From assembly GCA_014728035.1 (NCBI GenBank), contig WJMJ01000079.1:96001-160000 (forward strand): 64,000 nt of DNA, read 5' to 3'. Source of the DNA: Promethearchaeota archaeon (lineage in GTDB: Archaea; Asgardarchaeota; Thorarchaeia; Thorarchaeales; Thorarchaeaceae). This document shows positions 47,669-57,720 of the stretch, piece after piece. Under the pieces are notes generated by a model, which had not been told where the DNA came from, made no database searches, and saw nothing but the letters and a program-made list of their open reading frames with translations. The position numbers were made by a program, and so were the translations under genes. Numbering within the stretch: the stretch's first letter is position 1; every line of letters starts with the position of its first letter.

Positions 47669-48328
47669 TTATGTATACTTGGGTTTCAATAGGGGTGGTA
47701 TCTGTTTAAGACTATCTACAAGATACCCTTTATGTCCCTCTTTCCTGAAAGCTTCTTCATTAAACATTCCTAGGATTCCAATGAAATGGCAGAAACCTAT
47801 GGAGCGTTCGTAATCCTTTAACGAATCACCCACAAATACAGCATAGTGCATATTCTGATTATGCTTTTTAGCAACATAATTGAAATGATCTGCCCCTTTC
47901 TCAAATCCTGGTCTATACCCTAGAATTTCACTGAAATAATGTGTCAGGTTTCTCCTGTCAAAATATTCTTTGATAGTTGATTGAAATGTTGAAGATGATA
48001 CATAGATGTCTAGACCCATCTTATCCAGGATTTCCAAAGTTTCAACAGTATCTGGAAACAATTCTTGTTCAAATATCCTCTCAATCTTAAGGGATTCGAA
48101 TTCTTCTATTGCTTCTTCGTTTTTGGGGTTTTCTGGAAAATTCATCTTAATCTGATGCTCGTATGGTAGTCCTGTAGTAGACTGATATCGCTGCCGGGCA
48201 TCGTCCTCCGGCACATTGTAATATTTCATCATAATCTCAATACCAATCTTTGCTAGAAATGGCATACTGTCTGCCAGAGTTCCATCGAAATCAAAAATTA
48301 TTGCACTGCACTCTATATTTTCGGTCAT
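47669..48328 (-). CDS. HAD-family hydrolase
   Basis: FDFDGTL, SS, K, VGDS..D. Confidence 0.92.
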   Translation of the reverse strand: MTENIECSAIIFDFDGTLADSMPFLAKIGIEIMMKYYNVPEDDARQRYQSTTGLPYEHQIKMNFPENPKNEEAIEEFESLKIERIFEQELFPDTVETLEILDKMGLDIYVSSSTFQSTIKEYFDRRNLTHYFSEILGYRPGFEKGADHFNYVAKKHNQNMHYAVFVGDSLKDYERSIGFCHFIGILGMFNEEAFRKEGHKGYLVDSLKQIPPLLKPKYT

Positions 48329-48392
48329 GGAGCTTCACTTAACCTTGTCCCTATTCTTGTCGAAGTTCAGCTCCTTTAGATGCTTTTGGTCT

Positions 48393-48818
48393 TTAGATTG
48401 TTATTCGATAACATTTCTCTGATGCGACTTTTTCTTCTACAATGTGATCTGTTCTAATCAATTGGCCAAGAATTTCAATTAGTCGATTTTCTTTAAAACC
48501 TGTATCGTCAAGAAGAGTGTCAAAAGATATTGATTCCTTTCTCCCGATGAGAGAAAATACATATTGTACCTCAGGAGAGAGTACCTTTACTGGTTTCTCA
48601 CGTGGGTATACAGGATTTCCGGTCATGAAACCAGTTAATGCGATTATTGGATTACCTATTTCAACTCCTTCTTTGGATATCTCAAATTTCCGAATAATTT
48701 TACTGTGAAATGAACCTCTGGATTTCAGAACGTTAATTGCTCTTCCAATAGCTCCCGCATATTCAATGTAGCGTAGTAGTATAAGATTATCAGCAATGAA
48801 AGATACCTTATTGCTCAT
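48393..48818 (-). CDS. C-terminal fragment of a KaiC-like ATPase fused to a wHTH (possibly a gene remnant)
   Basis: SFIADNLILLRY.E...I.VLKSRGS.H...R.FEI...G...G.P; no Walker A or B motif. Confidence 0.7.
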   Translation of the reverse strand: MSNKVSFIADNLILLRYIEYAGAIGRAINVLKSRGSFHSKIIRKFEISKEGVEIGNPIIALTGFMTGNPVYPREKPVKVLSPEVQYVFSLIGRKESISFDTLLDDTGFKENRLIEILGQLIRTDHIVEEKVASEKCYRITI

Positions 48819-48905
48819 ATCAATCCCTGTAACCTAAATCGCTTTTTGTTTGATTTGTGTAAGTTCCAATAATAAAAACTTCCAGCATTGACTCTCATAA
48901 CATCT

Positions 48906-51900
48906 CTATGTATCTATATATTTTTGAATGAGTTTGCCAATTCTCGATAATCTAAGAGGTTTTTGTGCCCAAGATACTAGTCCAAGGCCCTTTAATTCTT
49001 CAATTTTTGACCCAAGGGGATATCCAGTCATAAGGATAACTTTAGCTGAAGGATTGATTACCGCTAGCTGTTTTACAAGCTCTATTCCATCCATATCTGG
49101 CATCATCATATCTGTCAAAATTATATCGATATTATCTCTCTCTTTTTGGTAGATCTCCAGTGCTTTCCTTCCATTAGTTGCAGTATATGTTCTACAACCC
49201 AAACGTTCAAGCATTCTTGAAAGCGCTTCTAGAACAATGGGTTCATCATCAACTACCAATATAGAAACTCCATCATAGTCTGTTGTCTTGGTGGAAACGA
49301 CCTTTTTCTCAACAGTTTCTTTATGATGGACGGGTAGGTAAATGGTGAAATTAGTTCCTTTTCCGAGTTCAGTTTTCACTGTTATTGTACCATTATGCTG
49401 CTGTACAATCCCATAGACCTGAGCTAGTCCAAGCCCAGACCCTTCTGTTCTGTCTTTAGTCGTGAAAAACGGCTCGAAAATGTGTGGAAGCACAGAATCC
49501 TCAATCCCTGTTCCAGTATCAATAATTTCCAATTGAATCCATTCATCTGCCGTGTGATTGGTTTCTTCCGGATTTTGCTCACTATTACTGAGTCTGATTA
49601 TTAATTTTCCACCATCTAACATGGCATCTCTTGCGTTTATTGAAAGATTCATGAGAATTTGATGTATCTGTGTTGGATCTGCTAAGACTTGATAATTTCC
49701 GACTTCAAATTCAGTTAGTACTCTGATATTACTGGGAATCGATGTCTTTAGCAAATTCAATATTTCGTCAACTACTTCTCGCAGGTTAACTATTCGTTTT
49801 TCTGAAACCGATTGTCTACTGAAGTCAAGTAGTTGCTTCGTTAAGTCAGAACCCTTTTCTGCAAGTGATTGAATTGACGAGAGATCTTTCGTTATGGGTT
49901 CAGATAGAGATTGATTCATTTGTAGCAATTCAGCAAATCCCATAATACCTTGGAGTATATTTGAGAAATCGTGAGCTAGTCCCGCAGCTAATTGCCCTAC
50001 AGAAGCAAGACGTTCTTGAGTATTTACTCTTTCTTGAATTTCTCGCATAATAGTTACATCTTCAATTACTAAAGCCCATCCTCCCTTTTGTGGTCCTGTC
50101 TTAATTGATGTAGCTACTACTTCGAATATCTTTTCAGAATCTGGTTTCTTAATTTCGATTATTCTATCATCATTAAAACTGAGAATGTCTTGAATTGGAG
50201 TTTCACCAAGTGCTGATAGTGAACTATCTTCTCTAATTGTGCCAATATCATCAAGGTATTCTCTTGCAGTATTATTTTGGACTAGTATTCTTTCATCTGC
50301 GTCTATTAGGATAACGCCTTCAGGAAGATGTTCGATTAAACTTGCTAAACGTTCTTTTTCTGCAGTTCTTAAAGCCTGAAGCTTCTGCAAAACCATTGAG
50401 GTCTGGTTCATGCTTGTAAATAGTAATCGAATATCCTCTTCAGAAAATTTACCTTTTTGTTCAGCTGCTAGAAGAACTAATCCAATAACATCTCTTGACT
50501 CTGGAAATATTATTGGACTACTGATGAGTGAACGTAAATCCGATATTGTTTCTTTTTTCTCAAATAGTGGAGGATTCATACGAATATGGGCAAATGGTTT
50601 CTCTGGAAGTTCTTCACCAATTTCATCTCGAAATTTCAGATAGTTCTCTCTGAGAATTCTTTTTATTTTCTGTTCCACTTCTGATGATATAGGGTGAATT
50701 GGATTTATCATCATGAATTGTTGATCTTCGAGAATAAACAAAGATGCTGATATATCATGTGGAAATGCTCGATTTATATGTCTATGAACAATAGGCATTA
50801 CCTCATCATAGCTTACTGTTTTACTCACTTCTTGAGAGAGACTGTATAACATTTGCAATTCAGAAGATCTTCTTTGCAGTGATTTGTTGGTTTTTTCCAA
50901 AGCATTCAATGTTTTCATTCGCTCTAACGCAATTGCTGCTAAATTAGCGAAAGTTAATCCCTTCTCAACATCATCTTTTGTAAACTCTCCTGGTTTATTA
51001 CCTAGTGCTATAATTCCTTGGGTTTCACCCTCGAGGATAACAGGGATAATTAGTACGTTTTCCAATTCTGCACATTTAACAAGAAATGATTCATTGTATT
51101 CTGAATTTTGGAGGTTGTTTTCATAGATTGCTTCTTGTTGAATGTATAATTTCTTCCTGACTTTTTCTATTTTGATGAATTTCTCAAAAGATATAATGGA
51201 TGTATTCTCACCTCTCCGAACAAGGTATCTATCTTTTTTCATCGATTCCTCTACAGATAACATAACATTTCCCAACATTGCACCAGTTACTACTTTGCAT
51301 GCTTCAAATATTACCTGTGCAATTGATTCGAAATCAGAATGTTCAAGAACACTGTTTGCTGCCAGGAAAAGTTGATCAGAAAATAACTTCTTCTCTTTCA
51401 GTTCATCATCAGCTTTCTTCCGATCTGTAATGTTTCTTGCAATTCCCTCTATTCCGATTAGATTTCCAGATTCATCATAAATTGGAGAATTATTTTGTTC
51501 AATCCAAATGACCTTTCCATTTTTATGAATCCATCTGATAATTAATGGATCAAAGGGAACCTCTTTTGCGAGTCTTTCAAGTTTATCTCTATCTTCAGGA
51601 TGTACTATTTCCATCCCAAGCATTGGATTATCGTAATGGTCTTGAGGTGTGTATCCAACCATTTCTGTTGATGATGGACTTACATATTCAAATTTCATCT
51701 CTGGGACTAGTCTAATACGATAAATGAGATCCTGTGCATTTTCAGCGATGAGTTGTAATTGACTCTCTGATTCTTGCAAGGCATCTTGACTTCTACGAAT
51801 CTCTCTTCTTGAGTTTAATATTGGTGCAATCATATCTGCGAACTTTGTGAGTAAATGAATGTCATATTCTGAATAGTCCGTAGATTTGTTAGCTACGGTG

Positions 51901-52634
51901 ATTTGTCCAATTACCTCATCATGGAATATTATTGGAACCGCAACAGAACGCTTCATAGGAAGGTGCCCATCTGGAATTGAATTCTCCTCATTCTTCACTA
52001 TAACTTTCTTTTCAAGCAGTGAATCTTTCCAAATTCCTCCCCACTGTTCTTGATGAAAAATTATTTTCTTATCTGGCACCTCACATCTATTCCAGATGTT
52101 TCTTGTCATTGAGGGACAAACTAGCGACCCATCGTCATCAATATACCCGAAATATCCAAACTCGCTGTTAGTAGTACTTAGAATGATATCGAGCACATCT
52201 GCAAATACTTCTTCCTCATTCTCTTCTTTTGTAAGAAAAACTTGTAAAATTTGATTTCTTTTCTCAATCTCAAAAAATGATTTCTCTGAATCTATCACAT
52301 CTGTTTTCCTTTCAAATTCAGGAATACAATCAATAGTAATCGTTTCAGTTTTTTCTGTTGGTGATTTATTTACAAGAATAAGAAATGATTCATACCTTCC
52401 GTTTGCATGTAGTAACCTTATTGAAGTCCCAGTAGGTCTTTCATCTAGTGAATTAAGAAATCGTTCCACTCTATGCTTCTCGGACAACGGAATCATCAAT
52501 TCTGAAAATTTCTGACCCTTGACATCTTCCAGTTTATATCCAAGATGAGAGAGAACTTTGTCATTGATTCCGACAATGAAACCACTATCGATATCAATCT
52601 CAAAGCTTAGAAAACTTTCAGTACTCTCTCTCAT
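48906..52634 (-). CDS. Cytoplasmic hybrid histidine kinase (PAS/GAF array, HisKA, HATPase, REC)
   Basis: LAAGLAHDFSN, NLSINARDA, DTGTG, FEPFFTTK, GLGL, VVDDE, TDMMMP.MDG, KP. Confidence 0.95.
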   Translation of the reverse strand: MRESTESFLSFEIDIDSGFIVGINDKVLSHLGYKLEDVKGQKFSELMIPLSEKHRVERFLNSLDERPTGTSIRLLHANGRYESFLILVNKSPTEKTETITIDCIPEFERKTDVIDSEKSFFEIEKRNQILQVFLTKEENEEEVFADVLDIILSTTNSEFGYFGYIDDDGSLVCPSMTRNIWNRCEVPDKKIIFHQEQWGGIWKDSLLEKKVIVKNEENSIPDGHLPMKRSVAVPIIFHDEVIGQITVANKSTDYSEYDIHLLTKFADMIAPILNSRREIRRSQDALQESESQLQLIAENAQDLIYRIRLVPEMKFEYVSPSSTEMVGYTPQDHYDNPMLGMEIVHPEDRDKLERLAKEVPFDPLIIRWIHKNGKVIWIEQNNSPIYDESGNLIGIEGIARNITDRKKADDELKEKKLFSDQLFLAANSVLEHSDFESIAQVIFEACKVVTGAMLGNVMLSVEESMKKDRYLVRRGENTSIISFEKFIKIEKVRKKLYIQQEAIYENNLQNSEYNESFLVKCAELENVLIIPVILEGETQGIIALGNKPGEFTKDDVEKGLTFANLAAIALERMKTLNALEKTNKSLQRRSSELQMLYSLSQEVSKTVSYDEVMPIVHRHINRAFPHDISASLFILEDQQFMMINPIHPISSEVEQKIKRILRENYLKFRDEIGEELPEKPFAHIRMNPPLFEKKETISDLRSLISSPIIFPESRDVIGLVLLAAEQKGKFSEEDIRLLFTSMNQTSMVLQKLQALRTAEKERLASLIEHLPEGVILIDADERILVQNNTAREYLDDIGTIREDSSLSALGETPIQDILSFNDDRIIEIKKPDSEKIFEVVATSIKTGPQKGGWALVIEDVTIMREIQERVNTQERLASVGQLAAGLAHDFSNILQGIMGFAELLQMNQSLSEPITKDLSSIQSLAEKGSDLTKQLLDFSRQSVSEKRIVNLREVVDEILNLLKTSIPSNIRVLTEFEVGNYQVLADPTQIHQILMNLSINARDAMLDGGKLIIRLSNSEQNPEETNHTADEWIQLEIIDTGTGIEDSVLPHIFEPFFTTKDRTEGSGLGLAQVYGIVQQHNGTITVKTELGKGTNFTIYLPVHHKETVEKKVVSTKTTDYDGVSILVVDDEPIVLEALSRMLERLGCRTYTATNGRKALEIYQKERDNIDIILTDMMMPDMDGIELVKQLAVINPSAKVILMTGYPLGSKIEELKGLGLVSWAQKPLRLSRIGKLIQKYIDT

Positions 52635-52736
52635 ACTGTGACACCTTTTGAGTTCTCTTATGTAACAACTTTAGTGTCACGGGATTGTATAAAATATCCA
52701 TTGTGTGTGTATTGTTTGCTGAAAATCTGTAGCTTC

Positions 52737-53264
52737 TCATTCATCTAACTGGTTCTCATAATCATTCATACATCTCTTGATTGTCTGATATGCATCGGCT
52801 AATTCCCTAAAGCGTTTGATTTCAGTGTGACCCCCTTCTTGGATCTTATATGTGTCGTAAAAATGCTTCAATTCTTCAATCTGACTTCGGGGAATGTCTA
52901 CAATACTTTTGACATCACGGTAGTACGGTTCTTTAATTGGAACCGCAATGATTTTGTCATCGATATGTCCCATATCATCCATTTCCATAATTCCTATGGG
53001 TCTTGCATGAACCAAACAAGAAGTGAATGTAGGTTGATTGATCATAAGAATAACATCCAAGGGGTCACCATCAGCATCTAGCGTTCGTGGAATAAACCCA
53101 TAATCAAAAGGAGCAAACGTATAGAGAACCCTATCTAATTTGAATACATTGAATTCTGTATCATACTCGTACTTATTCTTGCTAGCTCTAGTTAGCTCGA
53201 TTATGACATATATTTCACTTGGTGGATTCGGACCAGCAGGTATGTCATGGAGGTAATTCGTCAT
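52737..53264 (-). CDS. ppa: Soluble inorganic pyrophosphatase (family I)
   Basis: KYEYD, LDRVL, YGFIP.T...DGDPLD, DDKI. Confidence 0.96.
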   Translation of the reverse strand: MTNYLHDIPAGPNPPSEIYVIIELTRASKNKYEYDTEFNVFKLDRVLYTFAPFDYGFIPRTLDADGDPLDVILMINQPTFTSCLVHARPIGIMEMDDMGHIDDKIIAVPIKEPYYRDVKSIVDIPRSQIEELKHFYDTYKIQEGGHTEIKRFRELADAYQTIKRCMNDYENQLDE

Positions 53265-53400
53265 GTGTTTAACTCCTATTCGAAAAATAAATGAAGTTCC
53301 TATAGAGTTTTCCTAATAGTTACATATTGAACCGACAAGCATTTCTTTATGAGCTGCTTTCATTAGTATGCGTCTAAAGTAAAATTGAGAGGATATTGGA

Positions 53401-53979
53401 ATGAGTCCCGACAGTACTGAATCGACAAGTGATATAGCTAAAGAAGAGCCCTTTGATGTTGGTGGACTCTTTCGTGGAACAGCGACATTCACCTTTGTAA
53501 TTGAGATAATAAGCATGATTATGATACTGGGTTCTGGGGTCGCTTACATTTTGAGTAGATCTGGTACTATTGAAAACTTAAATCCCGATTTCGCAATTCT
53601 GTTATTATTAGCTGGTGCCATGATAACTCTCTTTTTCTTTATGGGCACTATCAGTTTCTTTATCCGATTTAACCGGAGAATTACCAATCTCGTTATTGGG
53701 GTAGGAATCGGAGAAGTAGATTTGAATCGTGGAAGAGTGAAATCTGTAATTTTTCTCTATGTGCTTGCCATCGGTCTTATCCTAATAATGGGGATGTACA
53801 GCTATTGGCTCGTCTTCAGATATTACTTGATTGACTTTGTAGCTAACTCTCTTAGTGCATTTGGGTTGGTTTTATCTTTCGGAATATTTCTGTTAGCCTT
53901 CTTACTCCAAGTAGTAGTTATTGCTTTAGGAAGAACTGCAACTAAAGTTGTTAAAGCTGTATTAGATGAGGATGTCTAA
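53401..53979 (+). CDS. Four-TM membrane protein
   Basis: Hydrophobic helices. Confidence 0.75.
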   Translation: MSPDSTESTSDIAKEEPFDVGGLFRGTATFTFVIEIISMIMILGSGVAYILSRSGTIENLNPDFAILLLLAGAMITLFFFMGTISFFIRFNRRITNLVIGVGIGEVDLNRGRVKSVIFLYVLAIGLILIMGMYSYWLVFRYYLIDFVANSLSAFGLVLSFGIFLLAFLLQVVVIALGRTATKVVKAVLDEDV

Positions 53980-54041
53980 TATCGTAATAACTAGAGTGCA
54001 CTAGATGGATAATTGACATTCACATCTGTATTGATGTATCA

Positions 54042-54260
54042 CTATATGATTTCTATTTTCATTATATATTGGATAATGAAATAGGAGTCAGGATTTTCGT
54101 TATTAGCTGTAGATAGAGCAACAATACCATTTCCTACAAAAACGATTTTTCCTTCTATAGGAGGATTTCCGTATATTCCAGATATGCGTATTCTTTCTCC
54201 CTTCTCGGCAATTTTGAGAAGGATTGTTCGAATGGTTTCTGTTTTCTCAAAATCGGACAT
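54042..54260 (-). CDS. Small beta-barrel protein (Sm/SH3-like pattern)
   Basis: Helix followed by beta strands: RIRIS...IEGKIVFVG...Y..IQYIMKIEII. Confidence 0.6.
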   Translation of the reverse strand: MSDFEKTETIRTILLKIAEKGERIRISGIYGNPPIEGKIVFVGNGIVALSTANNENPDSYFIIQYIMKIEII

Positions 54261-54377
54261 GTATTAACAATAAGTATTCATATGAAATAAGGTTTGGCAC
54301 AAATTAATTGAGCTGAACAAATACATATCCAGCAGATTTAATTATCTTGAGGAAAAGCAAATCCGAGAGGCAAAGCA

Positions 54378-55544
54378 ATGAAATTGAAACTCTGGCAAAT
54401 CTCATATGGTGTCGGTCTTAGTATTGTCTTGAGTCTTTTTGGACTTGATGCTATTGGACTCCATTTGGCTGAGAATGTTGTTGCATGGGTCGAATTAATT
54501 GGTGGCGTACTGCTTATTGCAGGTTCATGTGAAGCATTTGTTCTTTCTGTTGAAGGTATATCACATAACATGAATATGACCGATTACGTTTCAGGAATCT
54601 ATGCTAGTCTTGCTAGTCTCATTCCTGAATTATGTGTCATTGTATTTCTCCTTCTTGATGGAGATTATGAAATGGCTTGGGTACTAGCTCTAGCAACAAT
54701 TTTCATGAATTCTTTAGTCTTTGCTATCTATACACTTGTATTGCCAAAAGACAAGGAGGGCAACTTCAAATTACCGGATGCTATCATGTGGGTAGGTTCG
54801 GACCTTCTTAGCATGGGCTCTATGATTAGTGTTTCAGTTGGACTCTCAATGTTTATGGTCTTTGTTTTCTCTCTCGAGAATCCATTACTACCCAGATACC
54901 TTGATGCAAGAGAGCTGTTTGTCTTTGGAGGTGCACTCATTGGAGTGTTCATTGCATATCTCTATTGGATAACCAAATATTATGGCAAATGTGACCCAGA
55001 AGCCGATGATCCGCATATGTCTTGTGAAATTCGTCATGAAACCCTTTCGATGCAGAAACTTGGTATATACTTGTTCTTTGCTTCACTTGGTGCTCTTCTC
55101 GGTGGAGAAGCCCTTTCAGGTTTCGCTAATTTTGCTACTGAAACATTGCATCTAAGTTTCATTCATGCTGCTCTCTTACTAGTAATATTCGGTGGTACAC
55201 CTGAATACATAATTGTTGCAAGTAGTCATAGAAAGAAAGAGCTTGAGATTGCATTATCAAACGCATTTGGAGGAATTGTGCAGGTATTCTTTGTAATATT
55301 CGGCTTTACTCTAATTTGTGCAGGATTAATTTCAACGAGTTATGGTGTCATGAATGTTATTCCAATTGACCTCTTTTCAGTACTATTGGTGTTCTTTGCG
55401 TTTCCATCAATGTTCATCTTAAGAATAATGATAGCAGATGACCAGAAGGTTAACGCATTAGAGAGTGTCGCGATGATTGCAGTATTCATCATGATGTTGT
55501 ACATTCTTCTTGCTTATGGTGTATATCCTCTTGTACCTCCCTAG
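54378..55544 (+). CDS. Ca2+/cation exchanger (CaCA) family protein
   Basis: About 10 TM segments; alpha-repeats ASLIPE and GGTPE, ALSNAFG. Confidence 0.85.
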   Translation: MKLKLWQISYGVGLSIVLSLFGLDAIGLHLAENVVAWVELIGGVLLIAGSCEAFVLSVEGISHNMNMTDYVSGIYASLASLIPELCVIVFLLLDGDYEMAWVLALATIFMNSLVFAIYTLVLPKDKEGNFKLPDAIMWVGSDLLSMGSMISVSVGLSMFMVFVFSLENPLLPRYLDARELFVFGGALIGVFIAYLYWITKYYGKCDPEADDPHMSCEIRHETLSMQKLGIYLFFASLGALLGGEALSGFANFATETLHLSFIHAALLLVIFGGTPEYIIVASSHRKKELEIALSNAFGGIVQVFFVIFGFTLICAGLISTSYGVMNVIPIDLFSVLLVFFAFPSMFILRIMIADDQKVNALESVAMIAVFIMMLYILLAYGVYPLVPP

Positions 55545-55545
55545 T

Positions 55546-55579
55546 GTCTGAAGGGGAATTTGTTTTCCCCTTCTCAGAC
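55546..55579 (+). terminator. Hairpin plus U-tract terminator
   Basis: GTCTGAAGGGGAA...TTCCCCTTCTCAGAC followed by TTCTTTATT. Confidence 0.7.
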
Positions 55580-55619
55580 TTCTTTATTCTGAATAATAAG
55601 CTAAAATAAAAACAGAAAG

Positions 55620-55648
55620 TCCTCCAGAGCTTGAAAAGCTCCAGAGGA
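55620..55648 (-). terminator. Hairpin plus U-tract terminator of kbl
   Basis: 13-bp stem with two G.U pairs that form only on the minus strand, followed by CTTTCTGTTTTTATTTT. Confidence 0.75.
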
Positions 55649-55662
55649 GAACATCTTTAGAA

Positions 55663-56853
55663 CTAGATAATATCTAGCTTTTTACCTACCTTTTCGTAGG
55701 CCGATAGAGCAACATCTAGTTGTTCTTTGGAAAGACCAGAATTCATCATATTTCTGATTCTTGCCTTATCACGAGCTACCATTGGGAATACAATTGGCAG
55801 AGCGAGGATACCTTCTTCGTAGAGGCCTTCACTGAGAGCTACTGCTTTCGAACTCTCTCCGCACATTGCTGGAATAATTGGAGTTTGACTGTTGCCAGTA
55901 TCAAAACCCATGTCTTCAAGCCCTTTGATGAAATACTCTCTGTTGTCCCAAAGATTGTTGACATGCTCTTCCTCAGTTTCAAGAACATCAATAGCTGCAA
56001 TACATGCTGCTGCAGTTGCTGGTGGGTGTGATGCACTAAGGAGCCAAGAGCGACTCTTATTGTATGCATAATTGACCATATCTCGAGAGCCTGATACATG
56101 ACCTCCCATTACACCAAATGCTTTGCTAAACGTACCCATTTCAAAGTGCACATCATCATGAGTTAGATCGAAGTGTGATACGATTCCACGGCCTCCTTTT
56201 CCAAGCACGGCTTCTCCGTGAGCATCATCAACGTAAATCATAGCACCATGTTCTTTTCCAAGCTTGACAATCTCGTCGAGAGGAGCAATATCTCCATCCA
56301 TGCTAAATACACCATCAGTGATGATGAGTATTTTTCCTGGTTCGTCTTTTTCAGCCTCTTTAAGCACTCTTTCGAGGTCTGCCATGTCACTGTGTTTGTA
56401 AACAAAGCGGGTTGCTTTGGTCAATCTAACCCCATCAATGATACTTCCATGGTTCAACTCATCTGAAATGATTGCGTCACCTCTACCTACAAGCTGAGGA
56501 ATAAGACCCTCATTTGTAGTGAATCCAGCACTGTATGTTAGAGCTGCTTCAGCTCCTTTGAATTTAGCTAGTCTTCGCTCAAGTTCAAGATGTACATCCA
56601 TTGTTCCTGCAATGGCACGAACAGAGCCAGAGCCAGCACCGTGTGTTTTAATTGCTTCAATAGCTGCTTCTTTCAGTTTTGGGTGATTGCTAAGGTTCAG
56701 ATAGTTGTTACTACAGAGCATAATAACCTCGTCACCATCAACTGTGGCTTTAGGGGTACTTGGTCCCTGTAACTCGCGAATTTTCCAATCAAGATTCTGT
56801 TCAACGAGCTTCTGATATTCTTCTTTCATCCATCCAATTGGGTCTCGTTTCAT
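55663..56853 (-). CDS. kbl: Glycine C-acetyltransferase / 8-amino-7-oxononanoate synthase family PLP enzyme
   Basis: CSNNYL, SDELNHGSIIDG, DGVFSMDG, DDAH, GTFSKAFG. Confidence 0.9.
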   Translation of the reverse strand: MKRDPIGWMKEEYQKLVEQNLDWKIRELQGPSTPKATVDGDEVIMLCSNNYLNLSNHPKLKEAAIEAIKTHGAGSGSVRAIAGTMDVHLELERRLAKFKGAEAALTYSAGFTTNEGLIPQLVGRGDAIISDELNHGSIIDGVRLTKATRFVYKHSDMADLERVLKEAEKDEPGKILIITDGVFSMDGDIAPLDEIVKLGKEHGAMIYVDDAHGEAVLGKGGRGIVSHFDLTHDDVHFEMGTFSKAFGVMGGHVSGSRDMVNYAYNKSRSWLLSASHPPATAAACIAAIDVLETEEEHVNNLWDNREYFIKGLEDMGFDTGNSQTPIIPAMCGESSKAVALSEGLYEEGILALPIVFPMVARDKARIRNMMNSGLSKEQLDVALSAYEKVGKKLDII

Positions 56854-56968
56854 AACTTTTCACCGAAATTATCGTACGCTCAAAGGCTAAGATATCGTAC
56901 GGGGTGGCCAGAAAAAATGAGGTATATATGGGCTTCGCTCACGGATATATATTTCAAAATAAAGATAG

Positions 56969-56995
56969 AAGAGGTTCTTAAAAGAAGAACCTCTT
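56969..56995 (-). terminator. Hairpin plus U-tract terminator
   Basis: AAGAGGTTCTT-N5-AAGAACCTCTT followed on the minus strand by CTATCTTTATTTT. Confidence 0.7.
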
Positions 56996-57003
56996 AATTC
57001 AAG

Positions 57004-57654
57004 TTACTTAGTGTGACTCTTGGCCTCTTCAATCCATTTCTTTACCATTTCTAGATTGAATGTATAGCCCCGTGGTACTTGTACATGGCCAAGGTCTACT
57101 GCTCGTTTGATATCTTCAAGCAATTCTTCAGGGTTGGCAATTGCTAATTCGCCAAGTCCTAGGATTCCTCCACCATAGACGATTGCTTCAGCATCTTCCT
57201 CTGAAACTGATTTAAGCCATGCAAATTTACTCATTGCAATCCAACGAGATGCAACATCAATCCCCACATCGCAAATCTTAGCCACATCTTCTGCATTTGA
57301 TTTCATCAGATCATAGACAGTACTAATTCCAGCGTTTCTCAAATCTTCACCATAAGCTTTTCCAATTCCTTCAATGGTTTCAATTGGCAATGATTCAAGA
57401 ACTGCATCTGGAATCTCTACTTCGGGTACATATTCTTCAATAGGATGAACTTCCTTCTTAGCTACTGCTCTGGACTCTACTATTTCTCCAGCTGTTGAAT
57501 CCTTGCTACATACAACACCAATTAGTCCTGTAGCAGAAATCATCAATAATGTAACTACTGAAAAAGTATTACTTGATGCAATTAGCAATAAAAGAGCAAT
57601 TCCTGAGAACACAATAGTTCCTACTACTGCTCCTTTTTTCTCCACGCTATTCAT
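57004..57654 (-). CDS. Membrane-anchored DUF4332-type helix-hairpin-helix protein
   Basis: Two N-terminal TM segments; IETIEGIG..Y...L..AGI; V.KWIEEAK. Confidence 0.8.
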   Translation of the reverse strand: MNSVEKKGAVVGTIVFSGIALLLLIASSNTFSVVTLLMISATGLIGVVCSKDSTAGEIVESRAVAKKEVHPIEEYVPEVEIPDAVLESLPIETIEGIGKAYGEDLRNAGISTVYDLMKSNAEDVAKICDVGIDVASRWIAMSKFAWLKSVSEEDAEAIVYGGGILGLGELAIANPEELLEDIKRAVDLGHVQVPRGYTFNLEMVKKWIEEAKSHTK

Positions 57655-57720
57655 ATAATCAAAATCCTAATACACTTACACAAATTACTTGGATACTTCC
57701 ATTTTGAATCTTTTCTACAT

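Noticed and set aside
48819-48908. The kinase stop TAG and a second TAG are in frame with the KaiC fragment (possible pyrrolysine or amber readthrough fusion)
   Set aside because: Many ordinary genes here end in TAG, no pyl genes are in the window, the intervening peptide shows no recognisable homology, and an in-frame arrangement occurs one time in three by chance.
55620-55648. Stem-loop with a GAAA-like loop considered as a SECIS element
   Set aside because: No in-frame TGA selenoprotein candidate nearby; the G.U pairing and U-tract fit a minus-strand terminator.
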